In this document: positions 1-10,199 of the stretch, in pieces | Layout of the letters: each line of letters starts with the position of its first letter | Numbering within the stretch: position 1 is the stretch's first letter | From: Tubiluchus corallicola | Taxonomy: Eukaryota; Animalia; Priapulida | NCBI GenBank assembly: GCA_030141605.1 | Contig: JAQGDQ010001585.1 | Coordinates: 1 to 33,738, forward strand | DNA: 33,738 bases | Direction of reading: 5' to 3' | The notes under the pieces: model-generated | What the model saw: the letters and a program-made list of their open reading frames with translations, nothing else | What the model was told of the DNA's origin: nothing | The model's database searches: none | Made by a program: the position numbers and the translations under genes

Positions 1-290
1 TCTTTCTTTCTCTCTCTCTTTCTTTCTTTCCGTCTCTCTCTCTCTCACTTACTCTCGCTCTTTTCTCGTTCATTCCCTCTCTCTGTCCCTCTTATCTATC
101 TTCTCTGGTTTTTTATTCTTTGCATTTTTACTTCGCTTATAAATCTGATGATGCAAGGCGTCTGTACTTTCTTTCAACACAGAATAACAGATTTGTTCAG
201 CAGTGCCGTTTGATTAAACTAGTTTGACGAAAAAAAACATGTTAAAAAGGGTTTGTTACAGTAGTCGACTATAAAATATTGTATTTACAG

Positions 291-443
291 GAGAAACTGC
301 TGAATGGGGACGTCTTAATGACGTTTCCTTTAGTCTGTGGCAAAAGGTGGACACAAGTGGGATTGATACTGCTGAGCAAGTCGCTGTAGGAAAACAAGTT
401 GTGTGGCTTCGCGATGGAACGCAGTCGTTATACGTGCGACTCG
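291..443 (+). CDS. Internal exon of a tectonin/TECPR-type beta-propeller repeat protein
   Basis: tgtatttacag| and |gtaagc boundaries; 153 bp, phase 1-1, no stops. Translates GETAEWGRLNDVSFSLWQKVDTSGIDTAEQVAVGKQVVWLRDGTQSLYVRL(G), fitting the W..V...QVAVG..VW..D....LY.R.G repeat pattern. Confidence 0.72.
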
Positions 444-457
444 GTAAGCTCTCTAGT

Positions 458-1192
458 GGCGCGTTCACAAATAGAGAGTTCTCTCACAAGTTCTCTCTGA
501 AAGTAAACTCGCAAGTGTAAATGCCTGTGCAAGAACATGCAAAAGAACTTTGTAGGCTGAACGAGCCATAAGCCTTTTGTTTGCAGACGTATACTGCGCG
601 TTCAGACTAGCGAGTTTTCTCGTCAAGTAACTCTCATATGTGTTCAGACTAGCGAGTTTTCTCGTCAAGTAACTCTCATATGCGTTCAGACTAACGAGTT
701 TTCTCGTCAAGTAACTCTCATATGTGTTCAGACTAGCGAGTTTTCTCGTCAAGTAACTCTCAAATGTGTTCAGACTAGCGAGTTTTCTCGTCAAGTAACT
801 CTCATATGCGTTCAGACTAGCGAGTTTTCTCGTCAAGTAACTCTCATATGTGTTCGGACTAGCGAGTTTTCTCGTCAAGTAACTCTCATATGTGTTCAGA
901 CTAGCGAATTTTCTCGTCAAGTAACTCTCATATGTGTTCAGACTAGCGAGCAAAACTTGCTGCGAGTTACTCTCCGACTGTTAGCACGAGCTGACACTCA
1001 GTTGTCTATTCGAAGCGAGAAGTAGCAAGAGTAACTCGCCGAGTCGTTCACACTAGACGGTAAATCAAGTTGCAGCAGCTGTCGGAGAGTTTCCAATTTC
1101 TTGTCGACAGTAACTCGCAAAACATTTCACGCTTGCGAGTTTGCTGTCAGAGAGAACACTCCAGACAGAAAACTCGCTTGTCTGAACGCGCC
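458..1192. mobile_element. Non-autonomous TIR element (PIF/Harbinger-like MITE) with an internal tandem array
   Basis: Imperfect inverted termini of about 65 bp (GGCGCGTTCA...TTCTCTCTGA.AG.AAACTCGCAAG.GT.AAATG at both ends). No clean TSD. Confidence 0.7.
600..950. repeat. 42-bp tandem repeat, about 8 copies
   Basis: Unit GTTCAGACTAGCGAGTTTTCTCGTCAAGTAACTCTCATATGT; explains the 14-aa periodic ORF at 465-953. Confidence 0.95.
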
Positions 1193-2636
1193 GTTATGTT
1201 GATTAGAAAAACTTCAACTTGCAAATCTATGTAGTTAGTGTATATCTAGACACACTTCAAATTAGGGAGTCTACACTAACGTGGCATATGACTCATGTAC
1301 CAATTCTAAATTTCGCACAGACTAATAAGCAAAAAAAGCATAGTAAACTATCGATACATGCTTAGAGTTTCGCCTCTTCTTCGAAAACTTGTGCAGCACT
1401 GTTGTAGTGGGACGGTTCTAGGCTTATTTTATCTAATAATATTTTTTTTCAATTTTACCTTTCTGTAGTTAGAAAATACTTCAACTGCAGAATTTCGAAT
1501 AACCGTGCTTTTGTGCTGCCTCTGCATACTATTTTAAACAATATTCCAATAAATAGACAAGAATTGAATTTGAATTTGGATTAAAAATACGTTAAAGGAA
1601 AGGAAACGTTTCTAGGAAGTTAGTCTAGCTTCAATATTTGTGAAAAACGATATAAGATTTAGTAATACAAGTGTGATAAGCACCTCGTGTAATAAGTAAA
1701 ATCAGTTTAAAGTTATGCTCATTTCACGTTTTGCTGCTCCCATTTGACTGCCCATTTTTCCACCAATGATGTCGTTCACCGACTGAAAAAAAGCAATATG
1801 CTATCAATTTCCGTATAAAGTACGGCAGGTTTCTATGAAAAAACTGACGTTAATTTTGTATATTTTTGCATCAACATCAGATAAGCTGCAGAAGTTTAAA
1901 TTAGTTTAAGCAGCACGAAATAAAGAAAAGTCACGATGCGTTTTTATTTTCAAGTGAATTTTCATTGGAATTAAATCATCTCTCAAAGAGAAAATTTGTC
2001 AGACAAATACAGCAGAAAAAACGTCGCTCAGAAATAGCTTTCAAGACAACCACCCATTAATTTACTAATCCAACAGGAAGCAGCTGGCAGAGAATTGAGA
2101 ATTGAGCAACGCATAAATATACGTAGTTTGAGTGATACTGTTATGGTAATTAATATTTCTGTTAAATGTAAATTCGCTGGTGCAATCGAAAATGATAATA
2201 AGAAAGAACTATTTCGACATAAAAAAGTTAGTTTAACTTTGTATTTATTTGTTAATTTACATTAGTTTCACGGTTACTATATTCCTATTAACAAGAACAA
2301 ACCTTCTACATATCACAGTTTTTATAATTATAAAATTCTTATTTTTCATTATATGTTGCATTTCTAGACTGCTTTTAACAAATTAAAATTTTTAAATAAC
2401 ATATAAGTGTATAGTATTTACGAATTAGCAGTAAATGAAATTTAAAAGTTTTGTAAATTTTCATGAATAAACATGCAATAATATGGCAATAACAATCTAG
2501 AGCTTTTATTGATTTTACTATTCAGACATTTGTCAAATTACAGGATATAAAAAACCTTCGTCAAGTACAAAACTATTTATTACACATCTGTGCATATCAA
2601 AATAGTATCACAGTTTTTTAAATGGCGAAGCACTTA

Positions 2637-2857
<221 letters not shown>

Positions 2858-2944
2858 TGTCCCAATGCCCAGACACAATGCCCAGAGCTACGTGTCTAGA
2901 AAATAGGATTACTCGCTAACCAACTTTCCTTGAAGCTGTGTAGA

Positions 2945-3529
2945 TTACCAGCTAAATGTTCGATTTGCAATTTCGTACAACTGTACATTATACGGTTGAA
3001 AAATGTCTTTTAGTCGTTTCTCCAGTTCTTCCGGCACTTCCGGATGCTTTCTTCCTTTATTCTTCCCCAAACAAGTGACTTCCGTACTAAACGTTTTTTC
3101 GGTTCTTTCATGAAAACAATAAAATCCTTTATCTTCTCTGTAGACAAATGCATCTTCAGGTATCAAATGATCCAAGTTCAGAAAAGTTTCAACTTTTCTC
3201 AGTTCACTTATTGGGTTCTCGACTAACTCATCTCCTGATACAATGTGAAGTTGCTCTCTAGGAAAAACCTTCAACCACTTTTTAATATAAGTCACATACT
3301 TTCCTTCATCTACGGGATTTGGCTCAGCTTTAGAAGTTATAAATTCTACAAATGTTTGGTTTTTCAATCTTCCACGTTCTAAAAAAAGTGACACGATCCT
3401 TTGAAAGGGCTCCCGAACTAAGACGAGAATTTTGGCCCGCGGAAGATCCTTTTTTATCTTTTCTGCCACACCTGCAGTAATTATATATTTCGGACTTTTT
3501 TCTATAGTAATTTGGTTTCTCGTGCATGT
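2945..3529 (-). pseudogene. Heparan sulfate glucosamine 3-O-sulfotransferase (HS3ST)-like sequence; open frame but 5'-truncated
   Basis: The frame extends upstream of the ORF call: TCTRNQITIEKSPKYIITAGVAEK...LVREPFQRIVS (3'-PB motif)...KGFYC...CLGKNKGRKHP...RTFSW*. Similarity stops at a CA-rich tract; there is an in-frame TGA at 3601-3599, no in-frame ATG and no 5'-PSB (GxxKxGT) loop. The family call is strong; pseudogene status is inferred. Confidence 0.75.
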
Positions 3530-3916
3530 GTTTCTTCGTGTGCGTGTGCATGTGTGCGTGTGCGTGCATGCGTGTTGGATGTGTTTATTAGTGATATCTC
3601 AGTAGTATATCTGGTATCTTAGAGGTAATACAGCTTTATTACTTAGATATCAGGTGGCACAAAAAAAACGTGCCCAGAATTTGATTATAAAATTACAAGA
3701 TGAAAATAATGGAATCTCTTGAAAATTGTCACATTAATGTTGCACATAAATTTGTGTAAACACCAAAAAATTCTAGACCATTCCCTAAACAGAAGTTTTA
3801 AATCAACAAGCCAAAAAATAATAACAAATGCGCGAAAAAAATTGCATTTCACTTGTTAAAATTTAAAATTTAGTTAAAAGTACTGTACATGACCACCATT
3901 TTCAGTGCAAACTAGA

Positions 3917-3933
3917 CATATACATACATATGT

Positions 3934-3974
<41 letters not shown>
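3917..3974. repeat. (TA)n / (TACA)n microsatellite
   Basis: Directly visible. Confidence 0.9.
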
Positions 3975-3979
<5 letters not shown>

Positions 3980-4080
3980 ATTCACACAGTGGAAACCATG
4001 ATATTTGCTAGTAATGATTTACATCTTGGTGGTACTTCTGTCAGAGCATGCCCTACATATCACAGTACATTAGCAAAATA

Positions 4081-4477
4081 CAGTCAACCTCTGGTATAAG
4101 GTACTCGCTTATAAGGGACCACCAACACAAGGGACTTTCGGTTATAAGGGACGATATCTTCAGGTCCCGCATAATAGAAACCCAGGTAAATTACCTCGTA
4201 TATAAGGGAGCCTGTAACCAAAGCGAAATAGATCGACTTTTAACCTCAATTTTTTGCAAACTCGACCTTCGAACAGCTCGCATCACTGAACGAGCCGTAC
4301 CTACGTACCGTTTGCACTGAACATGTAGCAATAATCCATCGAAATATGGGTAAAAGTACAGAAAAATACAGGTCCAGATACACCCTCGGTCTGACTCAAC
4401 TTCGGCTACAAGAAACATCAGATACAAGGGACGGTTTTTTCCGGTCCGGAGGTGTCCTTTATATCCGAGGTTGACTG
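4081..4477. mobile_element. pogo/Tigger-type (Tc1/mariner superfamily) MITE
   Basis: TIRs CAGTCAACCTC..(G/A)TATAA.G at both ends, TA on each flank (4079-4080, 4478-4479), and internal TATAAGGGAC subrepeats. Confidence 0.88.
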
Positions 4478-4736
4478 TAGTTTTTGCACTTCGGAGAATA
4501 AGACAATGCACAATTCTGTACAAAAGGCCATTTATTCAATCGACTGCGTAGCAAAGTCCTGGAACATAAAGGTGGCACAGAATGCAGTTTTTGCCTGAAT
4601 TAAGTGATTGACTCTATTAACCATGAGTTTAATAAACGACACCTAGTGTAGTAGAACTAATTCACTATTGAACTACCTGAGCAAATTAATCTTCATTATC
4701 AGTTCAACTAATAACAGTCAAATTAGTTGATAATTA

Positions 4737-4742
4737 TTTATT
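4737..4742 (-). promoter_or_regulatory. Candidate polyadenylation signal of GUSB
   Basis: AATAAA on the minus strand about 120 nt after the stop codon. The context is AT-rich, so a chance match is possible. Confidence 0.4.
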
Positions 4743-4863
4743 TTTATGAAACAGCAAAATTCATTGGAATAAATCAACTAACTAACACGGTTCTAACGGG
4801 AAATAAAAACCGGCGTAAAACTCTAGAGGTCTTCCGGCACCAAGCAGCAATTTTTATCTTTCG

Positions 4864-4997
4864 TTAGAAAATAGACGGCCACGGCGACGTTGCATTAACC
4901 AAGTGATGATAACGTCTACGTAGAAAGTGTGCCGAAGCTTTAGGTTGTCTCTCTCTGGTAAATATCCCCTTCCTATTGCCGACAACTCTGTTTACAC
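4864..4997 (-). CDS. GUSB: Beta-glucuronidase terminal coding exon (exon 12 equivalent)
   Basis: ttgcattgtag| acceptor. Translates [44 protein letters not shown], with the glucuronidase NxKG motif and TAA at 4866-4864. Not in the ORF track. Confidence 0.95.
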
Positions 4998-5494
4998 CTA
5001 CAATGCAAAATCAATGTAGACAATGAATACAGACGTCAGTCACTTCCATGACTTTTCTAAAATCAAAATTAAAATACTACATTGTGAAACATTATTGGCA
5101 AACAAAATACTATTTGTGTTGCCAATTATATAACGGTACATTATATTATTACACTATTAGATAATGTTTCCTTAACGTATGACAACAGTCTACAGTTATC
5201 ATAAAAAATTTTAAAAATTTTCATTTATCTTTTATTTATTTTTAAATTGTAATGTTCTTAAAAGTCAAAAGTTTAAAAAAAGCAAAGAACATTTAAAAAA
5301 TTTCGACCTTGAAACACCTGAACACATTATACACAAGCTGCAGCATTCGTAGAACAATGAAGGTATCAACTGAATACCAAAAGAGATACAATTAAGTTTT
5401 TGTGAAATAGTTCCTATCATCAAAAATAATCCAAACTCATATGACAAGTTTTATTTATCTTGCACAAAGAAACCGCATCAGTTAAAACACATAT

Positions 5495-6006
5495 TTGTGC
5501 TTGCATAGCGAAATCGTCCACAAGTCGGCAATTAAGCTTTTCTAGTTATTCACACATCCTGAATCTCTATTTCATGAAGATCATTTTGATACCAAGTTCA
5601 TTGCTCTATGTTATTTCTAAGCTGAGATAATCCACGTTGAAGTTGAGGTGAAGGCTGCACACTGAAAAATGTAACCTTGAGAACATCATTGTTAAAGTCA
5701 GCCATTGTTTTTTGTCGCGTTTCAACAAAACACCTTAACAACGTGTGGTTGCTATGGACTTTGCAAGAGCACATTGAAGTTATGTTTAAATCCAGTAGAT
5801 GGCTCTTCCTAACGATAATTTGGGCTTGGCAACAAAAAAATAAAACCCAAAGCAAAATGACTGCTTCCAGGAGCTACTGTCAGAGTTTGAAAATACGAAT
5901 TTTTTACAATTGCAGTACTAGTTTCTAGCCAGAGGAGTGGGTACAGGGTTATAAAATTAAATTTTTAGTATTTTTTGGACATTTTCTTGATAATTTGATG
6001 CTAAAA
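5495..6006 (+). mobile_element. Copy A of an approximately 650-bp MITE family (left part, broken by an RTE fragment)
   Basis: Collinear with 9210-9710; starts TGTGCTTGCATAGCGAAATCGTCC. Confidence 0.8.
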
Positions 6007-6350
6007 CGATTACTCAAGAAAAGCAAATTGAAAGAACTTCCTTGGAGTTCAAAAGTCAAGATACGAAGATTAAGATGGCTAGGACATCTTCTAAGATTAC
6101 CAAATGAAGCATCAGTAAGAATCGCCTTAAGGGAAGCCTTAAAACCTTGCAGAAAAAACCACCTGACAAACCTAAAACAACTTGGATAGCTAAGATAAAT
6201 AAAGATGTTCCACAACTTCAACCAAATCTATCATTAGGAGTAGAAGAACTTGCCCTGTTATCTGCAGATAGAGGTGAGTGGAATACTCTAATAAATGTTG
6301 ATACCTCAATACTTACAACAGGCGGAATGCGACTTTGACGATGATCATGA
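6007..6350 (+). mobile_element. 3' fragment of an RTE-clade LINE
   Basis: RRLRWLGHLLRLP...KPKTTW...DRGEW across a frameshift, matching the RTE ORF C-terminus, with a short TGA-repeat-like tail. Confidence 0.78.
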
Positions 6351-6417
6351 AGTGTCTTCTTGTCCTATAACTATGATATTTAAACTAAACTAAACATCGA
6401 ATAAAAATAAATCTTAC

Positions 6418-6556
6418 TTTGCATTGTCATGAAATCTGCAAAATTCCATATCATTTCGCCGATAAAAAATCCCTGTTGTCTCAGATTGTCAAACGCTTTG
6501 TGATACTCGGCGATGAACTCCACCTGGTATTCCTCCGTGAATATGAAGGACGGAAC
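6418..6556 (-). CDS. GUSB: Beta-glucuronidase exon (exon 11 equivalent), 139 bp
   Basis: tttcag| and |gtaaga boundaries. Translates VPSFIFTEEYQVEFIAEYHKAFDNLRQQGFFIGEMIWNFADFMTMQ (WNFADF motif) and ends in phase 1. Confidence 0.97.
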
Positions 6557-7069
6557 CTGAAATAATGGTAAAATATCGTGACAGGAAAAACCCATCTCAA
6601 CAGAGACGGGAAGTAACAATTTTCTTAAAGTGCCAGTTGTCTTGTTTGAAGCAAAAAACTCCGAAAAAAAACATCATTTAATGTATTTTGGTCAAAGCGA
6701 TCTCACAGTTGATTAGGCCCAGCATCAAACTTTGGCTGTGTGTAAACAGCAACTTCTAGAGCAAATAAAATTGCCAACAGCTTTATCCATTAACCTACAG
6801 ACATGAAGCAACACACGCGCGCAAGATTAAGATATGAAATCTGCACAAAAGATAAATCCGTGTTAATGCATCTTCTGTTTTTACTAGATTATTAGGCCCT
6901 CAATGCAACACACGCACGCACGCACACACACACACACAAAACCACCCACCCACCCACCATAGTCCTACTGTAAGATATTCAGTGGGTTGTACTAAAACTC
7001 GACAAGTTTTAAGATAAAAATTCAATTTTCAAATTTACCCCTGTGCTCATGCATGAGCTGTCGAAGTTT

Positions 7070-7190
7070 GAGTGTTTGTTTTTATAAAAAACGAAAAATT
7101 CACATTTGACCAAATTTTTGGTGCATTTTACTTTGAAACATTATAACGTAGTTTTAGGTGTGCCGACTTATGGACGATTTACTGCGAATT
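7070..7190 (+). mobile_element. Right-end fragment of the 650-bp MITE family
   Basis: Matches 9730-9850 directly and 8200-8325 in reverse complement. Confidence 0.7.
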
Positions 7191-7374
7191 AGTAAAAAGT
7201 CTTTTACTTCGATGTTAAACTTACAATCATCTGGATAATGTACTTATTATGTCTGGTAAAAGGTTACAGAAATTGTGTATATTGTGCAATCAATTGGAAA
7301 CGTGTAATTATATCATTAGCATCATGGAGGTTTGCTTCGTGAAAATTAAATTAAGCATTGGTTTACTAGTATCC

Positions 7375-7377
<3 letters not shown>

Positions 7378-7455
<78 letters not shown>

Positions 7456-7720
7456 GTAATAATCTTTATTATTTAAAGTCGGCTTTTGGGTTAACAATTA
7501 ACATTACCTCAAAGAGCTATTATCGCCGACTGTAAATAACAACCTACAGCTACATAACATTGACTGTTATTACCCCACTTTTACCCTAAATACCACGCAT
7601 CAGGCAGGGCAACAGCAGGTACAATTTTTAACGTCTTTGGTATGACCCGGCCGCTGGTTCGAACTCACGATCTCCCAGACGGAAAGCAGACGCATTAATA
7701 CTAGACTAAACCGTCTGGTC
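7378..7720 (-). mobile_element. tRNA-derived SINE with a central core and (ATT)n tail
   Basis: On the minus strand: tRNA-like head with B box GAGTTCGAACC (7666-7656), then GGGTCATACCAAAGACGTTAAAAATTGTACCTGCTG, a LINE-like 3' end with AATAAA, and an (ATT)n tail at 7461-7378. Confidence 0.72.
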
Positions 7721-7815
7721 AACCATTTCTCGACATCACGCGAATTGGACTCTTAAATTTGCGTTGCCTCCAAAATTCTGGTCCGCGAAGTAGATTCACG
7801 CTACTGTAGTACCTT

Positions 7816-7909
7816 AGTAAAAGTATACGCTCATAGTAAAAGTATATGCTCATAGTAAAAGTATACGCTCATAGTAAAAGTATATGCTCTCAGTCAAAGT
7901 ATATGCTCT
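7816..7909. repeat. 19-bp tandem repeat, about 5 copies
   Basis: Unit TAGTAAAAGTATA(C/T)GCTCA. Confidence 0.9.
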
Positions 7910-7990
7910 TACATCACTGACAATCCGGACAGGTGGTATAAAGTGACAGACGCTGCATCTATAGAAAAATGTACGCAGAAGTCAACGTAC

Positions 7991-8164
7991 CTTATGCAAC
8001 CCGGCGACCGTGTCAGCACCGTACTCAGTAATCATGCACGCTTTACCCGATTCCTGCCACTGTGTGAACGCATACTCGACTTGTTGAGCACAGACTTCAG
8101 TGTGACCGGTGTCCGAATACCAGCCGTAGTACATGTTTAGACAGAGAAAGTCTAGAAACTCGTG
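7991..8164 (-). CDS. GUSB: Beta-glucuronidase exon (exon 10 equivalent) with the catalytic nucleophile, 174 bp
   Basis: tttgtcttctag| and |gtacgt boundaries. Translates HEFLDFLCLNMYYGWYSDTGHTEVCAQQVEYAFTQWQESGKACMITEYGADTVAGLHK (N.YYGWY and TEYGAD motifs). Not in the ORF track. Confidence 0.96.
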
Positions 8165-8197
8165 CTAGAAGACAAAAAAAGAATTTTTCAATATATA

Positions 8198-8795
8198 TGT
8201 GCTTGCAAACCGACATCGTCCGTAAGTCAATACACTTAAAACTACGTTATGATGCTTCAAAGTAGAATGCACCAAAAATTTGGTCAAATGTCAATGTTTC
8301 ATTTTTTATAAAAACAAACACTAAATATATTGGACTTTCATATTCTAGCATCAAATTATCAAGAAAATGTTTAAAAAATATCAAAAGTCTAATTTTACAA
8401 TCCCGCACCAACTTTTCTGGTTAGAAACTAGTATGGCAATTGTAAAAAACTGGTATTTTGGAAGCAATAATTTTGCTTCGGGTTTTTCTGTTGACAAGCC
8501 CAGATCTTCGTCAGAAAGAGCCTACTGAATTTAAACATAACTTCAAGGTGCTCTTGTAAAGTCCACAGCAACCAACGTTGTTAAGAGTTTTATAGAAATG
8601 CAACAAAAACCAATGGCTGACTTTAACAGCGATTTTCTCAAGGTTATGTTTTCTCAGTGCGTAGCCTGTATCTCAACTTCAACGTGGATTATCTCAGCTT
8701 AGAAATAACGTAGAGCGATGAGCTTGGTATCAAAATGATCCTCATGAAATGGAGATTCAGAATATGTGAATAAATAGAAAACTCAATTGTCGACG
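8198..8795 (-). mobile_element. Copy B (inverted) of the 650-bp MITE family
   Basis: Reverse complement of 9240-9853 and 5525-6005. Confidence 0.8.
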
Positions 8796-8797
8796 GT

Positions 8798-9205
8798 TTG
8801 AAGTTGAGGTGCAGGTTGCACACTGAAAAACATAATCTTGAGGAAATCCCTGTTAAAGTTAGTCATTGGTTTTTGTTACGTTTTTACAAAAAAACTTGGC
8901 AAAAGTACAGATGTCGGTTGTTACGGACTTTGCAAAAGCAGACTGAAGTTATGTTTAAATCCAGTAGATGGCTCTTCCTGACAAAGATCTGGGCTTGGCA
9001 ACAGAAAAACCAGAAACAAAATTATTGCTACCAGGAGCTATTATCAGAGTTTGAAAACACCAGTTTTTTACAATTGCAGTATTAGTTTCTAGCCAGAAAA
9101 GTTGGAAAAGGGTTGTAAAATTAAATTTTTAGTATTTTTTGAACAATTTCGTGATAATTTGATATTAGAAAATAAAAGTTCAATATACTTAGTGTTGGTT
9201 TTATA
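8798..9205 (+). mobile_element. Copy C (internal fragment) of the 650-bp MITE family
   Basis: TTGAAGTTGAGGTGCAGG...AAATCCAGTAGATGGCTCTTCCT, collinear with 5637-6005 and 9352-9745. Confidence 0.8.
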
Positions 9206-9209
9206 ATAT

Positions 9210-9855
9210 GTGTGCTTGCATAGCAAAATCGTCCATAAGTCGGCAATTAATGTTTTCTAGTTATTAACAAACCCTGAATCTCTATTTCATGAAGATCATT
9301 TTGATACCAAGTTCATCACTCTATGATATTTCTAAGCTGAGATAATCCACGTTGAAGTTGAGGTGCAGGCTACACACTGAGAAACACAATCTTGAGAAAA
9401 TCACTGTTAAAGTCGGCCATTGTTTTTTGTCGCATTTCTATAAAACACTTAGCAACCGTATGAAAGGTTGGTTGCTATGGATTTTGCAAGAACATGTTGA
9501 AGAGTGATGGCTCTTCTGATGAAGAACTGAGCTTGCTGACAGAAAAAACCCATCGCAAACTGATTGCTTCCACGAGGTTCTATCGGAGTTTAAATATAAG
9601 AGTTTTTTACAATTGCAGTACTAGTTTCTAGCCAGAAAAATGGGAACAGCATTATAAAATTACCTTTTTAGTATTTTTTGAACACTTTCTTGATAATCTG
9701 ATGTTAGAATACAAAAGTCCAGTATATTTAGCATTTGTTTTTATAAAAAACAAAAAAATCAACATTCGGCCAGAGTTTTGGTGTTTCTACTTTGACGCAT
9801 CATAATGCAGTTTTAACTATGTAGTCTTACAAACGGTTTTGGTTTGCAAGCACAC
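9210..9855 (+). mobile_element. Copy D, near full-length MITE with TIRs; superfamily unassigned
   Basis: Termini GTGTGCTTGCA...TGCAAGCACAC with imperfect inverted similarity of about 30 bp and TA-rich flanks. Confidence 0.8.
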
Positions 9856-10003
9856 CTATATGAAGTCAAAGCAGAATGGTGCACTTTAATTTTGTGTAGT
9901 CACGCACAGTCATCTAAAAAAATGCAGATGGATAACTATAATAAAGTGCGGTATGTTGCAAGTAACAGCACATAATCAGTAAGTAAAGAATCTCAGTACT
10001 CAC

Positions 10004-10088
10004 AACAACATCCTGGTTATAATTAATATTCAACACAGCCGTTACTGGTCTGGATGTATCTAGCGATTTTGTGTGCTCTGCAACCTGC
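10004..10088 (-). CDS. GUSB: Beta-glucuronidase exon (exon 9 equivalent), 85 bp
   Basis: ttttccag| and |gtgagt boundaries. Translates QVAEHTKSLDTSRPVTAVLNINYNQDVV. Confidence 0.95.
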
Positions 10089-10199
10089 CTGGAAAATTCA
10101 AACACATGTTCAAATGTCATAACATATCCTAGACTGGCAGCAGTTTATATTATTAGTACATTAATAATTTCTACTGTAGATGGCACTAGGGTAGAGGAT

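Noticed and set aside
600-950. CRISPR-like appearance of the 42-bp array (also the 26-bp and 66-bp arrays)
   Set aside because: Units are head-to-tail with no unique spacers, there are no cas genes, and the context is eukaryotic.
3467-3469. GTG start of the 174-aa sulfotransferase ORF
   Set aside because: Homology (QITIEKSPKY) continues upstream in frame, so this is an internal Val codon.
7645-7720. tRNA gene
   Set aside because: Only a B box and a degenerate head; it continues into a SINE body and has no convincing cloverleaf.
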